A stretch of 64,000 bases of DNA. Source: a virus. The stretch lies in the IMG/VR virus record IMGVR_UViG_3300026488_000010. One strand, 5' to 3'. Of this stretch, positions 1-9,523 are shown in pieces (the first letter of the stretch is position 1; each line of letters begins with the position of its first letter). Below the pieces are notes generated by a model, which had not been told where the DNA came from, ran no database searches, and worked only from the letters and a program-made list of their open reading frames with translations. The position numbers and the translations under genes were made by a program.

Positions 1-2008
1 TTTTATCAATGAACCATTGTGAAAATCTTCCCATTACAGGATTAAGATTCATCATTTGATCTTCAATCTTATCAGCAATACTTTGATCTTTTTTATCATG
101 ATATGCTTTGTTTCCAAACACACCATCATAACGATTAAGAGTTAACGTTTCACCTTCTGTTCGAGCAATTGGTCCAACCATTGCTGCCAATGATTCCATT
201 TGATGTCTGTTATATTTAAGCAGTAGTTCAAATCTATCAGGATATGCTTTACCTAAATAATTTTGCATTAACTCTGCAGGCCCAAGTTCAACTGCTCCAA
301 CAGCTGCTCGTAATTCTGATTCAGAGTTTAATGTTTTGTTTTTAGCATCTTCTGATATCCAATCACTAAAAACTTTACCCATTGTTCGTTTTTCTTTACG
401 ACCAGTAATCTCTCCAGTGTATTCGTCGCGTATTGCTTCACCTTTGATCATATCACCGAGCCATGACTCAGCTCTAGATGCAGCCTTAAAAGCATTTGAT
501 ATAGAAGCTACACCTGGCAAATAACCAACCATCTCATCCATACCGCGAAGCCAATCATTATAGAATGAATAATCCATTGCTTGTTTTTCTTCTTCTTCTG
601 CTCTTAGTTCGGCTAAATAACCATGAGATGAACCATGAGTAATGCCGAAACCATCTTTACGAATCTTTAATAATTCTGATCCTGATAGTTGAGTAGTCGT
701 AAAGATTCCACCGAGCATTGCAAGCATCTTAGCGTCATATGAATCAACACCAGCAATTAATTGCGCCGCAGATTGATTTAATACTTGAGTATGGGATAAT
801 GATACACCCATTGTCTCTGAATATTTCTTTTCAGCTGCTAATGGATCTTCTAATTTGGTTCTATCATTTGCTTCATTATATAAAGCAACTGATGATTTAC
901 CATCTAATAAATTTGAAAACTGTCCACCTAAATCCATAATAGCATTTAAGTTTGCTGACCCTTGTTCCAATCCTCCAAAAATCTTTTGAAATAATCCACG
1001 CTTAGTTAACCCGGATGTTACAACCTGATCTGAACCGTCTGATCCAAATAATTCATCTAGTAAATTTTGAGCAGTGTTTCCACCCTCTTTTTCTTTTCTA
1101 GATACTTCATTAAGTTGCTCTGCAGCCATTAATGGTAACACTGCAGTATTTGTTTCAATTGCAGTCATAATATTTGCAAGTAAAGCTTCAGCTGGAGATA
1201 ATTGCCCTAGTGATTGCATTACTAATATGCGCTGGCCAAATATAGATGCCATACCATATTGTTCTTTTAATTCACCAGCACCTAACGGTTTTGTTATCGT
1301 CCATTTGCGATCCATTTGATTCTTAGTGCTACTATCATTATTGAATACTTCAAAAAGTTTTTTACCACCTTTCTGCATAGCCATCATTGTCATCATACCA
1401 GCAACAACTGGGTTCATCCCAGCCATTGCTGTTGTAATTCCCGAGCCTGCTCCCATCATTCCAGCCATAGATGCAGCTGCACCTGTAGCTGCCCCACCTA
1501 ATCCACCAACTCCACCAGCCATAGTACTGGCTAATCCACCTGTACCCATACCCATAGATGTTAGTGCTCCTGGATCGAAGCCTCCAAGCAATGAAAGGGC
1601 TGAACCTTTCATTGCTGCTGATTTTAAATTAGCTGCCGTATTGGCGGCTGATGCTCTCACATCACCCATTCCAGTACCATGACCAGACTCTTGCATCTGA
1701 CGTCTAAACATTGCTTCATTAAGTTTTTGATTAGTTTGTTTAGCTGAAGGAGCAGCTCCAAAGGCAACCATTCCACCTGAACCATATGTAATCATATCAT
1801 TGATTGCATCTGAGCCTAAGCCAAGTGATTCCCCACCACCCATCACACCTGTAAGTTTTGTTGCCATTGAGGCCATACGAAGTTTTTTAGTTAGTGGATT
1901 ATTCAATGCTTGATTCAATCCGCTAGTGTTTCCGAACTTTGCTGCTGAGTCTAATGTCCCACCAAATCGGTCACGTAACATTGATTGTATATAATCTTGT
2001 GTTGCCAT
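1..2008 (-). CDS. Large virion protein, 3'-truncated at window edge; tape-measure-like or membrane-active (Gly/Ala/Met-rich hydrophobic stretch)
   Basis: Not in the ORF track (no stop in window). ATG at 2008 preceded by AAGGAG; read open in the start and end regions I translated (MATQDYIQSMLRDRFGG...GGLGGAATGAAASMAGMMGAGSG...QWFIDK). Function is inference. Confidence 0.55.
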   Translation of the reverse strand, partial: MATQDYIQSMLRDRFGGTLDSAAKFGNTSGLNQALNNPLTKKLRMASMATKLTGVMGGGESLGLGSDAINDMITYGSGGMVAFGAAPSAKQTNQKLNEAMFRRQMQESGHGTGMGDVRASAANTAANLKSAAMKGSALSLLGGFDPGALTSMGMGTGGLASTMAGGVGGLGGAATGAAASMAGMMGAGSGITTAMAGMNPVVAGMMTMMAMQKGGKKLFEVFNNDSSTKNQMDRKWTITKPLGAGELKEQYGMASIFGQRILVMQSLGQLSPAEALLANIMTAIETNTAVLPLMAAEQLNEVSRKEKEGGNTAQNLLDELFGSDGSDQVVTSGLTKRGLFQKIFGGLEQGSANLNAIMDLGGQFSNLLDGKSSVALYNEANDRTKLEDPLAAEKKYSETMGVSLSHTQVLNQSAAQLIAGVDSYDAKMLAMLGGIFTTTQLSGSELLKIRKDGFGITHGSSHGYLAELRAEEEEKQAMDYSFYNDWLRGMDEMVGYLPGVASISNAFKAASRAESWLGDMIKGEAIRDEYTGEITGRKEKRTMGKVFSDWISEDAKNKTLNSESELRAAVGAVELGPAELMQNYLGKAYPDRFELLLKYNRHQMESLAAMVGPIARTEGETLTLNRYDGVFGNKAYHDKKDQSIADKIEDQMMNLNPVMGRFSQWFIDK

Positions 2009-2054
2009 GAACTCTCCTTTTATTTTAGTATTTGTTCATTCCGTGGATCGAAGG

Positions 2055-2088
2055 ACAAGAAATTTAATAGGGCTACAACCCTATTAAA
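2055..2088 (-). terminator. Hairpin + TTCTTGT terminator-like element after terminase
   Basis: 10-bp stem TTTAATAGGG/CCCTATTAAA with the terminase TAG in the loop, followed on minus strand by TTTCTTGTCCTTCG. Confidence 0.7.
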
Positions 2089-4085
2089 TAATCTCCTATA
2101 TCTAATTCTTCAGTCTTTTTCTTTTTATCAGATTGAAATATAAATCCAGAATCATTAATATCTTGATCCATCCATGATTTATCGTGAGATGTATTAGATC
2201 CTGTCCCTATTGACAAATCAATAAAATCCATCATTCTAGAAGGAGTCAATGCAAATGCCTGTATTTCACCCTCGATTGATAAATCGCCTGATTTAATCAT
2301 AAGTTTTCTAACATATAAACAAAAGTTAAAAGCCATTGTAACATCATCATGTTGTCCACGCATCGCTTCTATTCTACCATTAACCTTTTGCTCCAAGTTT
2401 CTAAGTTCATCTATTAACTCATCAGAGTGAAATAATTCTGGATGAGCATTAACTTGATTCATAAGTTCTGAGAACATTTGATCACGTTTACCTGCTCCCA
2501 TCTTACCCGCATTTGATGTATATAAACCATATACAAATTCACCAGTAGGCATACCTTTCGCAGTCTTAATTTCTTCTTGCCAAACATATGACTCATAATC
2601 AAAATCATCAATTAAGGGGTCATTATAAATCAATTCTTCTACAGTTTCTTTACCGATCGAGTTACGCTCAATGATTACTCTGAGGAACTCTTCATCGATG
2701 TTATAGAGCATGTTAAGCGCCTTTATAGCAGCTTTAACAACTGATGCTAATCTTTTAACGATACTGAACTTACCTTTCCATACACCAACCTCTTGACCAG
2801 AAGATGCATGAATTAAAGACATTGCTGAATAATCCGAATTGACACCAGCAGACATTGCTGTATCTACACCTAAGAAATATAATTCATTCGGTAATAGTTT
2901 ACTAAATAACTGCATTTCTTGACCAAACGGTAATTGTAGAGTTTCCCAAGCTTTTTTTGGGATCAGTTTTGAAATAATATCATCATTAAAAATACTTGTA
3001 GAGCTTCCTAAAAATACTAGATCCAGCTCTTGATTGATCTTACGTTGGTTAAAGTTAAGTTCTTTACATTGCTTATTATACCATGCTTGATCACGATGGG
3101 TATTATTCCATAAAATTTTCATACTAATAAAAGCATTCTTTTCAGGGTCTTCCATAACCTTTTCATAACCGTCATATAATGTTTTAGTTTCATAATCATA
3201 TATATCATCAAACTTAACAGATCTTTGTAAAATATTATAGAACCAGTTTCCACCTGCACCATTAGGTGTTGATACCGCGATCATACATGTTGGATAACCA
3301 TTTTGTTTTGCAAATATTTTTGCAGTCGATATAGATGGTTGCATAGCACTATAAACTATATCCATATGTTTAATAAAGGCTGCTTCATCTAGAATAATGA
3401 TTGATCCTGAAAGACCACGACCTAGAGTATCAGGATCAATAGAACCACTAACAAACATTGTATCAAACATTGATTTATTTTCTAAGTGAAAGAATGTTGT
3501 ACGTTCAGCTTTACCTTTCATAGGAACTTGCATCCACTTTGGAAGTTTTGACATCATTTCTTTTAAACGAGATACTGCATCCTTACCACGATTACTATCT
3601 AGTGTAAGGAATGCTATCTTGATTCCAGGAAAGAAAATCATACAATGTAATGCATATAATAATGCTAAAGTTGTTTTACCAATTTGTCGAGAACTAATAA
3701 AACTAACATTATCTTGTAACTCAAATAATTTAAACAATAGTCTAAATTTATTTGTACTCTGCCATTGCTCTGATGAACCCATATGAATGAATCCACCTGT
3801 TACTGGAGTATATGCAAATTTTTCTACCCAATACAATGGTGACATTTTACACTTCATCCATTCAATCATCTGTTCATTTGCAGACATTTCATTATTATAA
3901 TAATCTTCACCTAAGTATTCTGGAACCTTGATGCGAGGAGTTTTTACTAACTCAGCTTTTACTAAATTATCTGCTTCCTTGATTATCTCTTTAACTGATT
4001 CAGGTGTATCCTTAACGGTAACATCTTTCTCTTCAACAGTATATTGTTCTCCTGAAAATTGCGGCTTTGTTATAGACCAACTCAT
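2073..4085 (-). CDS. terL: Terminase large subunit (T4 gp17-like)
   Basis: Walker A SRQIGKT, GRGLSGSIIILDEAAFI (Walker B), STPNG coupling motif, nuclease LGVDTA and HDDVTMA. Confidence 0.95.
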   Translation of the reverse strand: MSWSITKPQFSGEQYTVEEKDVTVKDTPESVKEIIKEADNLVKAELVKTPRIKVPEYLGEDYYNNEMSANEQMIEWMKCKMSPLYWVEKFAYTPVTGGFIHMGSSEQWQSTNKFRLLFKLFELQDNVSFISSRQIGKTTLALLYALHCMIFFPGIKIAFLTLDSNRGKDAVSRLKEMMSKLPKWMQVPMKGKAERTTFFHLENKSMFDTMFVSGSIDPDTLGRGLSGSIIILDEAAFIKHMDIVYSAMQPSISTAKIFAKQNGYPTCMIAVSTPNGAGGNWFYNILQRSVKFDDIYDYETKTLYDGYEKVMEDPEKNAFISMKILWNNTHRDQAWYNKQCKELNFNQRKINQELDLVFLGSSTSIFNDDIISKLIPKKAWETLQLPFGQEMQLFSKLLPNELYFLGVDTAMSAGVNSDYSAMSLIHASSGQEVGVWKGKFSIVKRLASVVKAAIKALNMLYNIDEEFLRVIIERNSIGKETVEELIYNDPLIDDFDYESYVWQEEIKTAKGMPTGEFVYGLYTSNAGKMGAGKRDQMFSELMNQVNAHPELFHSDELIDELRNLEQKVNGRIEAMRGQHDDVTMAFNFCLYVRKLMIKSGDLSIEGEIQAFALTPSRMMDFIDLSIGTGSNTSHDKSWMDQDINDSGFIFQSDKKKKTEELDIGDYLIGL

Positions 4086-4126
4086 ATTATATTCCTTAAT
4101 AAATTATTTTTTTGTTTTTGATAAAA

Positions 4127-4276
4127 CTATCTTTAAAGATCGTTTCGAAGTTAGTATAGAAATTAATTTAATTTATTTCTATACTAACTAAAACGATCTT
4201 TAAAGATAGAAAAATATGCCAAGAAAACGATCTTTAAAGATAGAAATGTTTTTACCAAAACGATCTTTAAAGATAG
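4127..4276. repeat. Cluster of four C(G/T)ATCTTT-AAAGAT palindromes plus inverted AGTTAGTATAGAAAT/ATTTCTATACTAACT pair
   Basis: Copies at 4127-4145, 4190-4209, 4224-4243, 4257-4276, read directly. Confidence 0.9.
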
Positions 4277-4290
4277 AAATTACTTCTTGC

Positions 4291-4572
4291 TTAACTTCTT
4301 GATTGTTCTTGAGCTTTCTGTAACTCCGTTTTTACGACTCCACCTACATTTTGTTGTAAATGATTAGATAAGTGATTATGTGCCGAATTTGCAGACTCTT
4401 TTCTAAAGCCACTCATAGCGTTAAATGTTGTGTCTGCTGTTTCGTTATTATTATCTGAGCCTTGAAGGAACGCTGTTTTTTGTTGAGCCAATGGATCAGC
4501 ACTTTCAAAGAGACCCAAAATAGGTCCCTTATCTATTAAATATTTCATAATATAATCCTTATGCTTTAACAA
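4291..4572 (-). CDS. Hypothetical protein
   Basis: 93-aa ORF co-oriented and overlapping the upstream gene. Confidence 0.55.
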   Translation of the reverse strand: MLKHKDYIMKYLIDKGPILGLFESADPLAQQKTAFLQGSDNNNETADTTFNAMSGFRKESANSAHNHLSNHLQQNVGGVVKTELQKAQEQSRS

Positions 4573-5563
4573 CTAAATCTTTTTTAAAGTTTAAGATAAG
4601 TTGTTCTAAACGCTCTTGATCATCTCTAGAGATATTAGGTGCATCAAATAAACTTGATTTATAATTAGCACTAATGATATAAGCTATCATCTCATCAAAT
4701 GTTCCATTCATTGCTGCTTTAGAACCTTCACCAACCAATGTTGTGAATTCAGTCATAAATGCAGACTCTGTAATATTACATACACCTGCTTTTGTTAATA
4801 GTGTTGCAGCATTTCTAAAATCTTTATAATCATTTGGTTTAATCTCTTGAAGAAATTTAATCTCTTCTGCGCCATATAAACGGCTTAGTTTTGCTAATAC
4901 CGTTTGTGCTGATTGTTCTGTGAAGTTACGAGCAAAGATATAATCCAAAACAATATCCATTTTCTGCTTATTTTCACCCTCAACTTTAACATGAGCTTTT
5001 GATAATATTTTTATAACAATAGCTTTAAAAACTGCGTATGCGCTTTCAAAAATCTTGTTCTTACCATTACCTTTTAGACCAATACTTGCTAATACATTTA
5101 CAAATAAATAATAATAAACATCAACTAAAGCAAAATAATCAATACTTTCTATTAAATCATCAAACATGTCAGCAATTGACTTATCCAAGGTTTTAAGTTG
5201 TATTGCTGATGTATCAGTAATTGTTGACTTAACTCTTGATAACTCTTTGTTAGCTTTTTCAATATCTTTTACTTTTTTAGACATATCTTGTAAATCAGCT
5301 TTATCAACAACTTGACTAATATCTGCTGCTAATCCTGATAATTTATTACCAGATAAGTATGGTGCACCGTACTGAACAGTTTTTGTTTTAGATATATCAG
5401 TTATACCATATCCAATATATAATGCTTCTTGAGCAATTAATTTATGAATAGCTTTTGTTTTATGGCTTGAGCCAATCTTTTGTAACACTATTGAAATCTT
5501 TTTTAGAAATTTCTTCTGAACCTCAGGGTTTTGTTTTAAATTTATTTTATTAATTGTTACCAT
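4559..5563 (-). CDS. Hypothetical protein (334 aa)
   Basis: Long ORF with AAGGA SD; no recognised motif. Confidence 0.8.
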   Translation of the reverse strand: MVTINKINLKQNPEVQKKFLKKISIVLQKIGSSHKTKAIHKLIAQEALYIGYGITDISKTKTVQYGAPYLSGNKLSGLAADISQVVDKADLQDMSKKVKDIEKANKELSRVKSTITDTSAIQLKTLDKSIADMFDDLIESIDYFALVDVYYYLFVNVLASIGLKGNGKNKIFESAYAVFKAIVIKILSKAHVKVEGENKQKMDIVLDYIFARNFTEQSAQTVLAKLSRLYGAEEIKFLQEIKPNDYKDFRNAATLLTKAGVCNITESAFMTEFTTLVGEGSKAAMNGTFDEMIAYIISANYKSSLFDAPNISRDDQERLEQLILNFKKDLVVKA

Positions 5564-5641
5564 TTACGATCCTTTAAATTTTATATCAACACAATGCTTA
5601 TTGCACAGGTAACGTGTCAATATTATAAGAATTATTCTTAT

Positions 5642-5959
5642 TTATATTTGAAATACTTTTTGAATTACTTCTGATTTTAACATCTTGATTTGATTATTAT
5701 ATTCAGATGGTACAAATTGAAAAAGTGTTCCTATATTGTTAGCGGCTAATATTAATGGGTAATAAGATTCGTGTCCATAATATTGTTTTGCAACTCTCTC
5801 TGGGCGATATTTATAAGTGTCTGGGACATATATAACTACTAGATTTTTTGGATCTTGTATATAATGTATTTTATCATTTATAAGATTACCTAGTATTTGA
5901 GGCTCAAGGTACTGGTCAAGGATAGTTGTATCCATATTTTTATTGTATAATAAATCCAT
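5642..5959 (-). CDS. Baseplate wedge protein, T4 gp53-like/LysM-like
   Basis: YRPERVAKQYYGHESYYPLILAANNI resembles the gp53/LysM-type pattern. Confidence 0.6.
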   Translation of the reverse strand: MDLLYNKNMDTTILDQYLEPQILGNLINDKIHYIQDPKNLVVIYVPDTYKYRPERVAKQYYGHESYYPLILAANNIGTLFQFVPSEYNNQIKMLKSEVIQKVFQI

Positions 5960-5971
5960 TATATACCTCCA

Positions 5972-6634
5972 TTATCTTCTATTGTTTTTGATAAAATTAA
6001 TACCTCTACTTTTAAGACCATTACCAACAAACTGTTTATTGTCTAGTTTTAAGGCTATTTCACCTGCCCCTAGTTTAGGAACAGTTCCCATTCTACTAGG
6101 ATTATATTGTTTAATTTTTCCAGCATTTCTTAACGCGACACCTAAACCAGACTTATCTTGATTTGGAGTATTCTTTTGAATTTCACTAAAGCTTCTTAAA
6201 TCCGAAGATTCATTAAAACCTGTCAATCCTGAAGCATGTTTTGCTTGGTTATTTTCAACAGTTCTTGGGCCTTCTTCTTTATTGGTAATACCTTCTTTTG
6301 CAAGTTTAGATTGTTTACCAAAAGATTTTTTAGATATACCCTTTGTTATAGAAGCAGACGCAGATGCAAAAGGTTCACCTTTTATATATGCGTCTCGTTT
6401 TCTTATTATTGATTCTTCAAAATTTTGAAATTGTTGTTCTTGATCTTTAATCTTTTCAACATTATCTGCACCTAGTTCATCTTTAGCTGCTTCCATTTTT
6501 TCTAATTCGACTTCTGTTTTCTGTTTACGATATTCACCGACATTTTTTAATTTGCCAAGTACTTGTTGAATATCTCCTCGGACAGCATCCATTATTTCAC
6601 TTTCGATAATATATTGTTTAATTTGTATCTTCAT
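5972..6634 (-). CDS. Lys-rich protein with IxE-type leader (putative internal head protein)
   Basis: Start reassigned to ATG 6634 (AGGAGG SD): MKIQIKQYIIESE. Confidence 0.65.
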   Translation of the reverse strand: MKIQIKQYIIESEIMDAVRGDIQQVLGKLKNVGEYRKQKTEVELEKMEAAKDELGADNVEKIKDQEQQFQNFEESIIRKRDAYIKGEPFASASASITKGISKKSFGKQSKLAKEGITNKEEGPRTVENNQAKHASGLTGFNESSDLRSFSEIQKNTPNQDKSGLGVALRNAGKIKQYNPSRMGTVPKLGAGEIALKLDNKQFVGNGLKSRGINFIKNNRR

Positions 6635-6635
6635 A

Positions 6636-6899
6636 TTATCCTCCTGTTGGACATATAAGTTCTCCGGTTGTCTCTGCAAATATAACTGCTTTCTGACCAA
6701 ATCTTCTTTTTGATTTTCGTTGTATTTTAATTAAATCACCATCTTCTGTTTGATCATCATGAATTATTTTAGTGCCCTCAGCTGTAAATATTTTTACACT
6801 CTTTTTATTAACAGGTGCGCCTGATTGTGGAAAATATCCACATACAACATATCCTTGAGAACTATATAATGTTTTTAAAAAGTCATCTGATGCACTCAT
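6636..6899 (-). CDS. Hypothetical protein
   Basis: 87-aa ORF tightly packed in the operon. Confidence 0.65.
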   Translation of the reverse strand: MSASDDFLKTLYSSQGYVVCGYFPQSGAPVNKKSVKIFTAEGTKIIHDDQTEDGDLIKIQRKSKRRFGQKAVIFAETTGELICPTGG

Positions 6900-6901
6900 T
6901 A

Positions 6902-7228
6902 TTAATCCTTTTGTTTTTTTGATTTTTTTAAATAATCTTTTCTAAGGTCCAATAATAATATATAATTTCGCATAGACCATAATTTAAATCTCTGATAGTT
7001 ATCAATCATTATCAATCCAGAATCCATATCAATTAAATAATATTTTTTATTATCAATTTCAACAACTGCTGCTTGATATGGTATAAACTCTGGCTTTTGT
7101 TGAACTTTTGGGATAGGTGTATGGACGTGATTAATTTCTTTTTTAATAATAATTTCTTTTTCAGCACAAGCACTTAGAAACATGACCATGAATAGGCTAG
7201 TGCCCAATATTAAGAATAGCTTCTTCAT
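6902..7228 (-). CDS. Lipoprotein, putative o-spanin (Rz1-like)
   Basis: Signal peptide with lipobox FLSAC and a Pro-rich segment; overlaps the 3' end of the upstream TM/coiled-coil gene. Confidence 0.65.
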   Translation of the reverse strand: MKKLFLILGTSLFMVMFLSACAEKEIIIKKEINHVHTPIPKVQQKPEFIPYQAAVVEIDNKKYYLIDMDSGLIMIDNYQRFKLWSMRNYILLLDLRKDYLKKSKKQKD

Positions 7229-7637
7229 TATCTGTCTCCATAATTTCTTTTATTTTTATTGAACAATCTTTTAAAATTATTTTATCTTTAAATACTACTT
7301 TACGATGCATTCTCAATTTTTTAATTGTTAAAATTAATGATTGTATTTGATTATCTCTCGATTCAACATTACTTGAATAATAACCTTCTAGAGCAGTTAT
7401 TGAATCAGAGTATGATTCTAATTCAATAACATTCTGAGCATTTGTTTTTTTAAATTCTTTAATATCTTTTACCAACTGGACATTTGTAGATGTTAGTTTT
7501 AAATTCTTTGATGTTAAATCATTAATAGTATACTGTAGCATATTAATCTTATAGAAGACGATTATAGCTGCGATCGTCAAACCAGCAGCTAGTACTACAT
7601 ATTTATTAGTTAATGCTTTATATAGCATTGTATACAT
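7197..7637 (-). CDS. Putative i-spanin (Rz-like)
   Basis: Start reassigned to 7637 (GGAGG SD); N-terminal TM helix VVLAAGLTIAAIIVF then coiled coil; overlapped by the lipoprotein gene. Confidence 0.6.
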   Translation of the reverse strand: MYTMLYKALTNKYVVLAAGLTIAAIIVFYKINMLQYTINDLTSKNLKLTSTNVQLVKDIKEFKKTNAQNVIELESYSDSITALEGYYSSNVESRDNQIQSLILTIKKLRMHRKVVFKDKIILKDCSIKIKEIMETDNEEAILNIGH

Positions 7638-9046
7638 TATATTAACCTCCACTCAGTTCCAGTGAATATTAATTTATGTTCACCTGATGTACTTAGAACT
7701 GATGTTGCTGAACCATTGATATTATTTGCACCATCTAAGGTTACATTATTAACTGTAAAATCACCTATTGATAATATAGTTATAGTAGCATATTTTTTAG
7801 GACTTGGTAACGTCAATGTAATTGCTGAAGTATTATCAACTAAGTAGTACATATCAGCATTCAATGTTGATGTATCAGTAATTGTTGCATGTGTAGCTGT
7901 TTTTGGTTCAAAAACTTTTTGAGTATCAATACTAACATTAAAACCCGTTCCAGGTTTAGCAGTTAAACTTAATGTTGAACCATCGTCTAATACAGCAACT
8001 GCTGTACCAGCACCATTACTGATAGTTAATGAATCTTGTAATGCTGATGATAGTGTTTCATCTAATTTGACTCGAGGTGTTCGAATATTTGAAGTACCAC
8101 CTGCTGATCCAAAAGAATAACCATTTCCACCTACTGATGTCATTCCAAAAATATATCCAGCTATCCAAACATATTCAGCTAAATCATCAATTGTATATAT
8201 ATCATCAAGTAATGCAAAATTTGGAGTGCCTGCAGGCGACTCAGGATATACAGCAACTGCATGTAATGGATAATTGTTCGGGTTCCTATTTATAATATTA
8301 TTTAATCGTTCCACAAAATCCCAATTTGATGACATACCGTTTGAATCAATTCCAAAATTCTCAACTAAGAATGCATCATCAGCATTTCTAGGAAGTGTCG
8401 TATTATTTGGATTATATGTTGTAAAATTTGAACGTCTCCAATCATCAGCAGCCCATTCAGCCGGTAGATTAGTATCAATATCAATACTAAAATCTTCCCA
8501 TATCCAAGCATTTGCTATATATTTTAAAGATTTAGAATGTGTATAATTTGCTAAAGTTACTTGTCTATCTCGAGTAGTTTCATAATCGAATCCAAACTCA
8601 TCCATAAATATTCCAGTAACTCCTAAAGTATTCCAATCATCAATTGCTGTCTCTAACGTTGATATTGAACGGTTTTCTGAATTTACACCTAATGGTATGT
8701 ATCCATATACTTCTACACCCTTAGCTAGTAAACCGCTAATAATTGCAGTGGTTGAAGCATATTCAGCATGTGCAGGATCTTGATAATAATCTCCACAAAC
8801 CCATACATCATAATTACTTGCAATTGAATCCACTACTTTTTGAGCATCCCATAATCCTTCAAATGATATAGGATAACCATAATATATTAATAATGATTTT
8901 GGAGATCGATCAACCTTTTTAAATAATTCACTCATTAATGCATTTTCTTTTTCAAAAAGTTTTCCATCAGATAATATAATCCCATTATCTGGAACATTGA
9001 CTAAATCTGCTTCATTATCTAGAGTGTATACTAATCTTTTTTTCAT
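7637..9046 (-). CDS. Virion-associated TIM-barrel glycoside hydrolase-like protein (spherulin-4/GH135-like)
   Basis: LLIYYGYP, VYGYIPLG, GVTGIFMDEFGFDY, YIANAW; fibre-like C-terminal beta domain. Confidence 0.5.
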   Translation of the reverse strand: MKKRLVYTLDNEADLVNVPDNGIILSDGKLFEKENALMSELFKKVDRSPKSLLIYYGYPISFEGLWDAQKVVDSIASNYDVWVCGDYYQDPAHAEYASTTAIISGLLAKGVEVYGYIPLGVNSENRSISTLETAIDDWNTLGVTGIFMDEFGFDYETTRDRQVTLANYTHSKSLKYIANAWIWEDFSIDIDTNLPAEWAADDWRRSNFTTYNPNNTTLPRNADDAFLVENFGIDSNGMSSNWDFVERLNNIINRNPNNYPLHAVAVYPESPAGTPNFALLDDIYTIDDLAEYVWIAGYIFGMTSVGGNGYSFGSAGGTSNIRTPRVKLDETLSSALQDSLTISNGAGTAVAVLDDGSTLSLTAKPGTGFNVSIDTQKVFEPKTATHATITDTSTLNADMYYLVDNTSAITLTLPSPKKYATITILSIGDFTVNNVTLDGANNINGSATSVLSTSGEHKLIFTGTEWRLI

Positions 9047-9061
9047 GAGTATTCCTTTGTT

Positions 9062-9421
9062 TTATAATAATCTAAACACAACTTTTTCACCAGCACTTAA
9101 TGCTGTATCTAAGGTTATAGTTGTTGACGAATCTTCAGTGTACTCATCAGTTAGTAATTGAACAATACCTTCTACACATACTAATAATTCATGTGAACCA
9201 ACAACATATGATTTTGAATTAGGTATAGTGATTGTAGTTTCACCTCCCGATGCCGTAAACACTTCATTAAATCGTTGTTTAATAACTGCTATACCACCAG
9301 CAGTTGAACCATCGCCGATATATAATTTCTTTTCATCAGTTGTATATATCAATTCGCCAGATGATGGTGTAATACTTGATCTATCAGCTTCTAAACCTCT
9401 GTTGATTTGAATCTTGCTCAT
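9062..9421 (-). CDS. Mtd_N-like fibre/adaptor protein
   Basis: IQINRG...GELIYTTDEKKLYIGDGSTAGG. Confidence 0.75.
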   Translation of the reverse strand: MSKIQINRGLEADRSSITPSSGELIYTTDEKKLYIGDGSTAGGIAVIKQRFNEVFTASGGETTITIPNSKSYVVGSHELLVCVEGIVQLLTDEYTEDSSTTITLDTALSAGEKVVFRLL

Positions 9422-9523
9422 ATGTTTTCCTTTTCATTATTTATCTTATCTTTAATTATATATTTTGAGTTGAATATATAATTAAAGATAAGCTTTCGCT
9501 TATCTTTAAGAATCTAAGAATTA

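Noticed and set aside
336-1682. Plus-strand ORFs in the track here, and similar ones at 7662, 8274, 10758, 15450, 26973, 45472, 52751, 56757 etc.
   Set aside because: Antisense shadows of long minus-strand genes, with no SD and codon-mirror composition
4127-4276. Mini-CRISPR array from the palindromic repeats
   Set aside because: Inter-repeat gaps are short (about 13-14 bp) or are themselves inverted repeats, and copies are dispersed genome-wide
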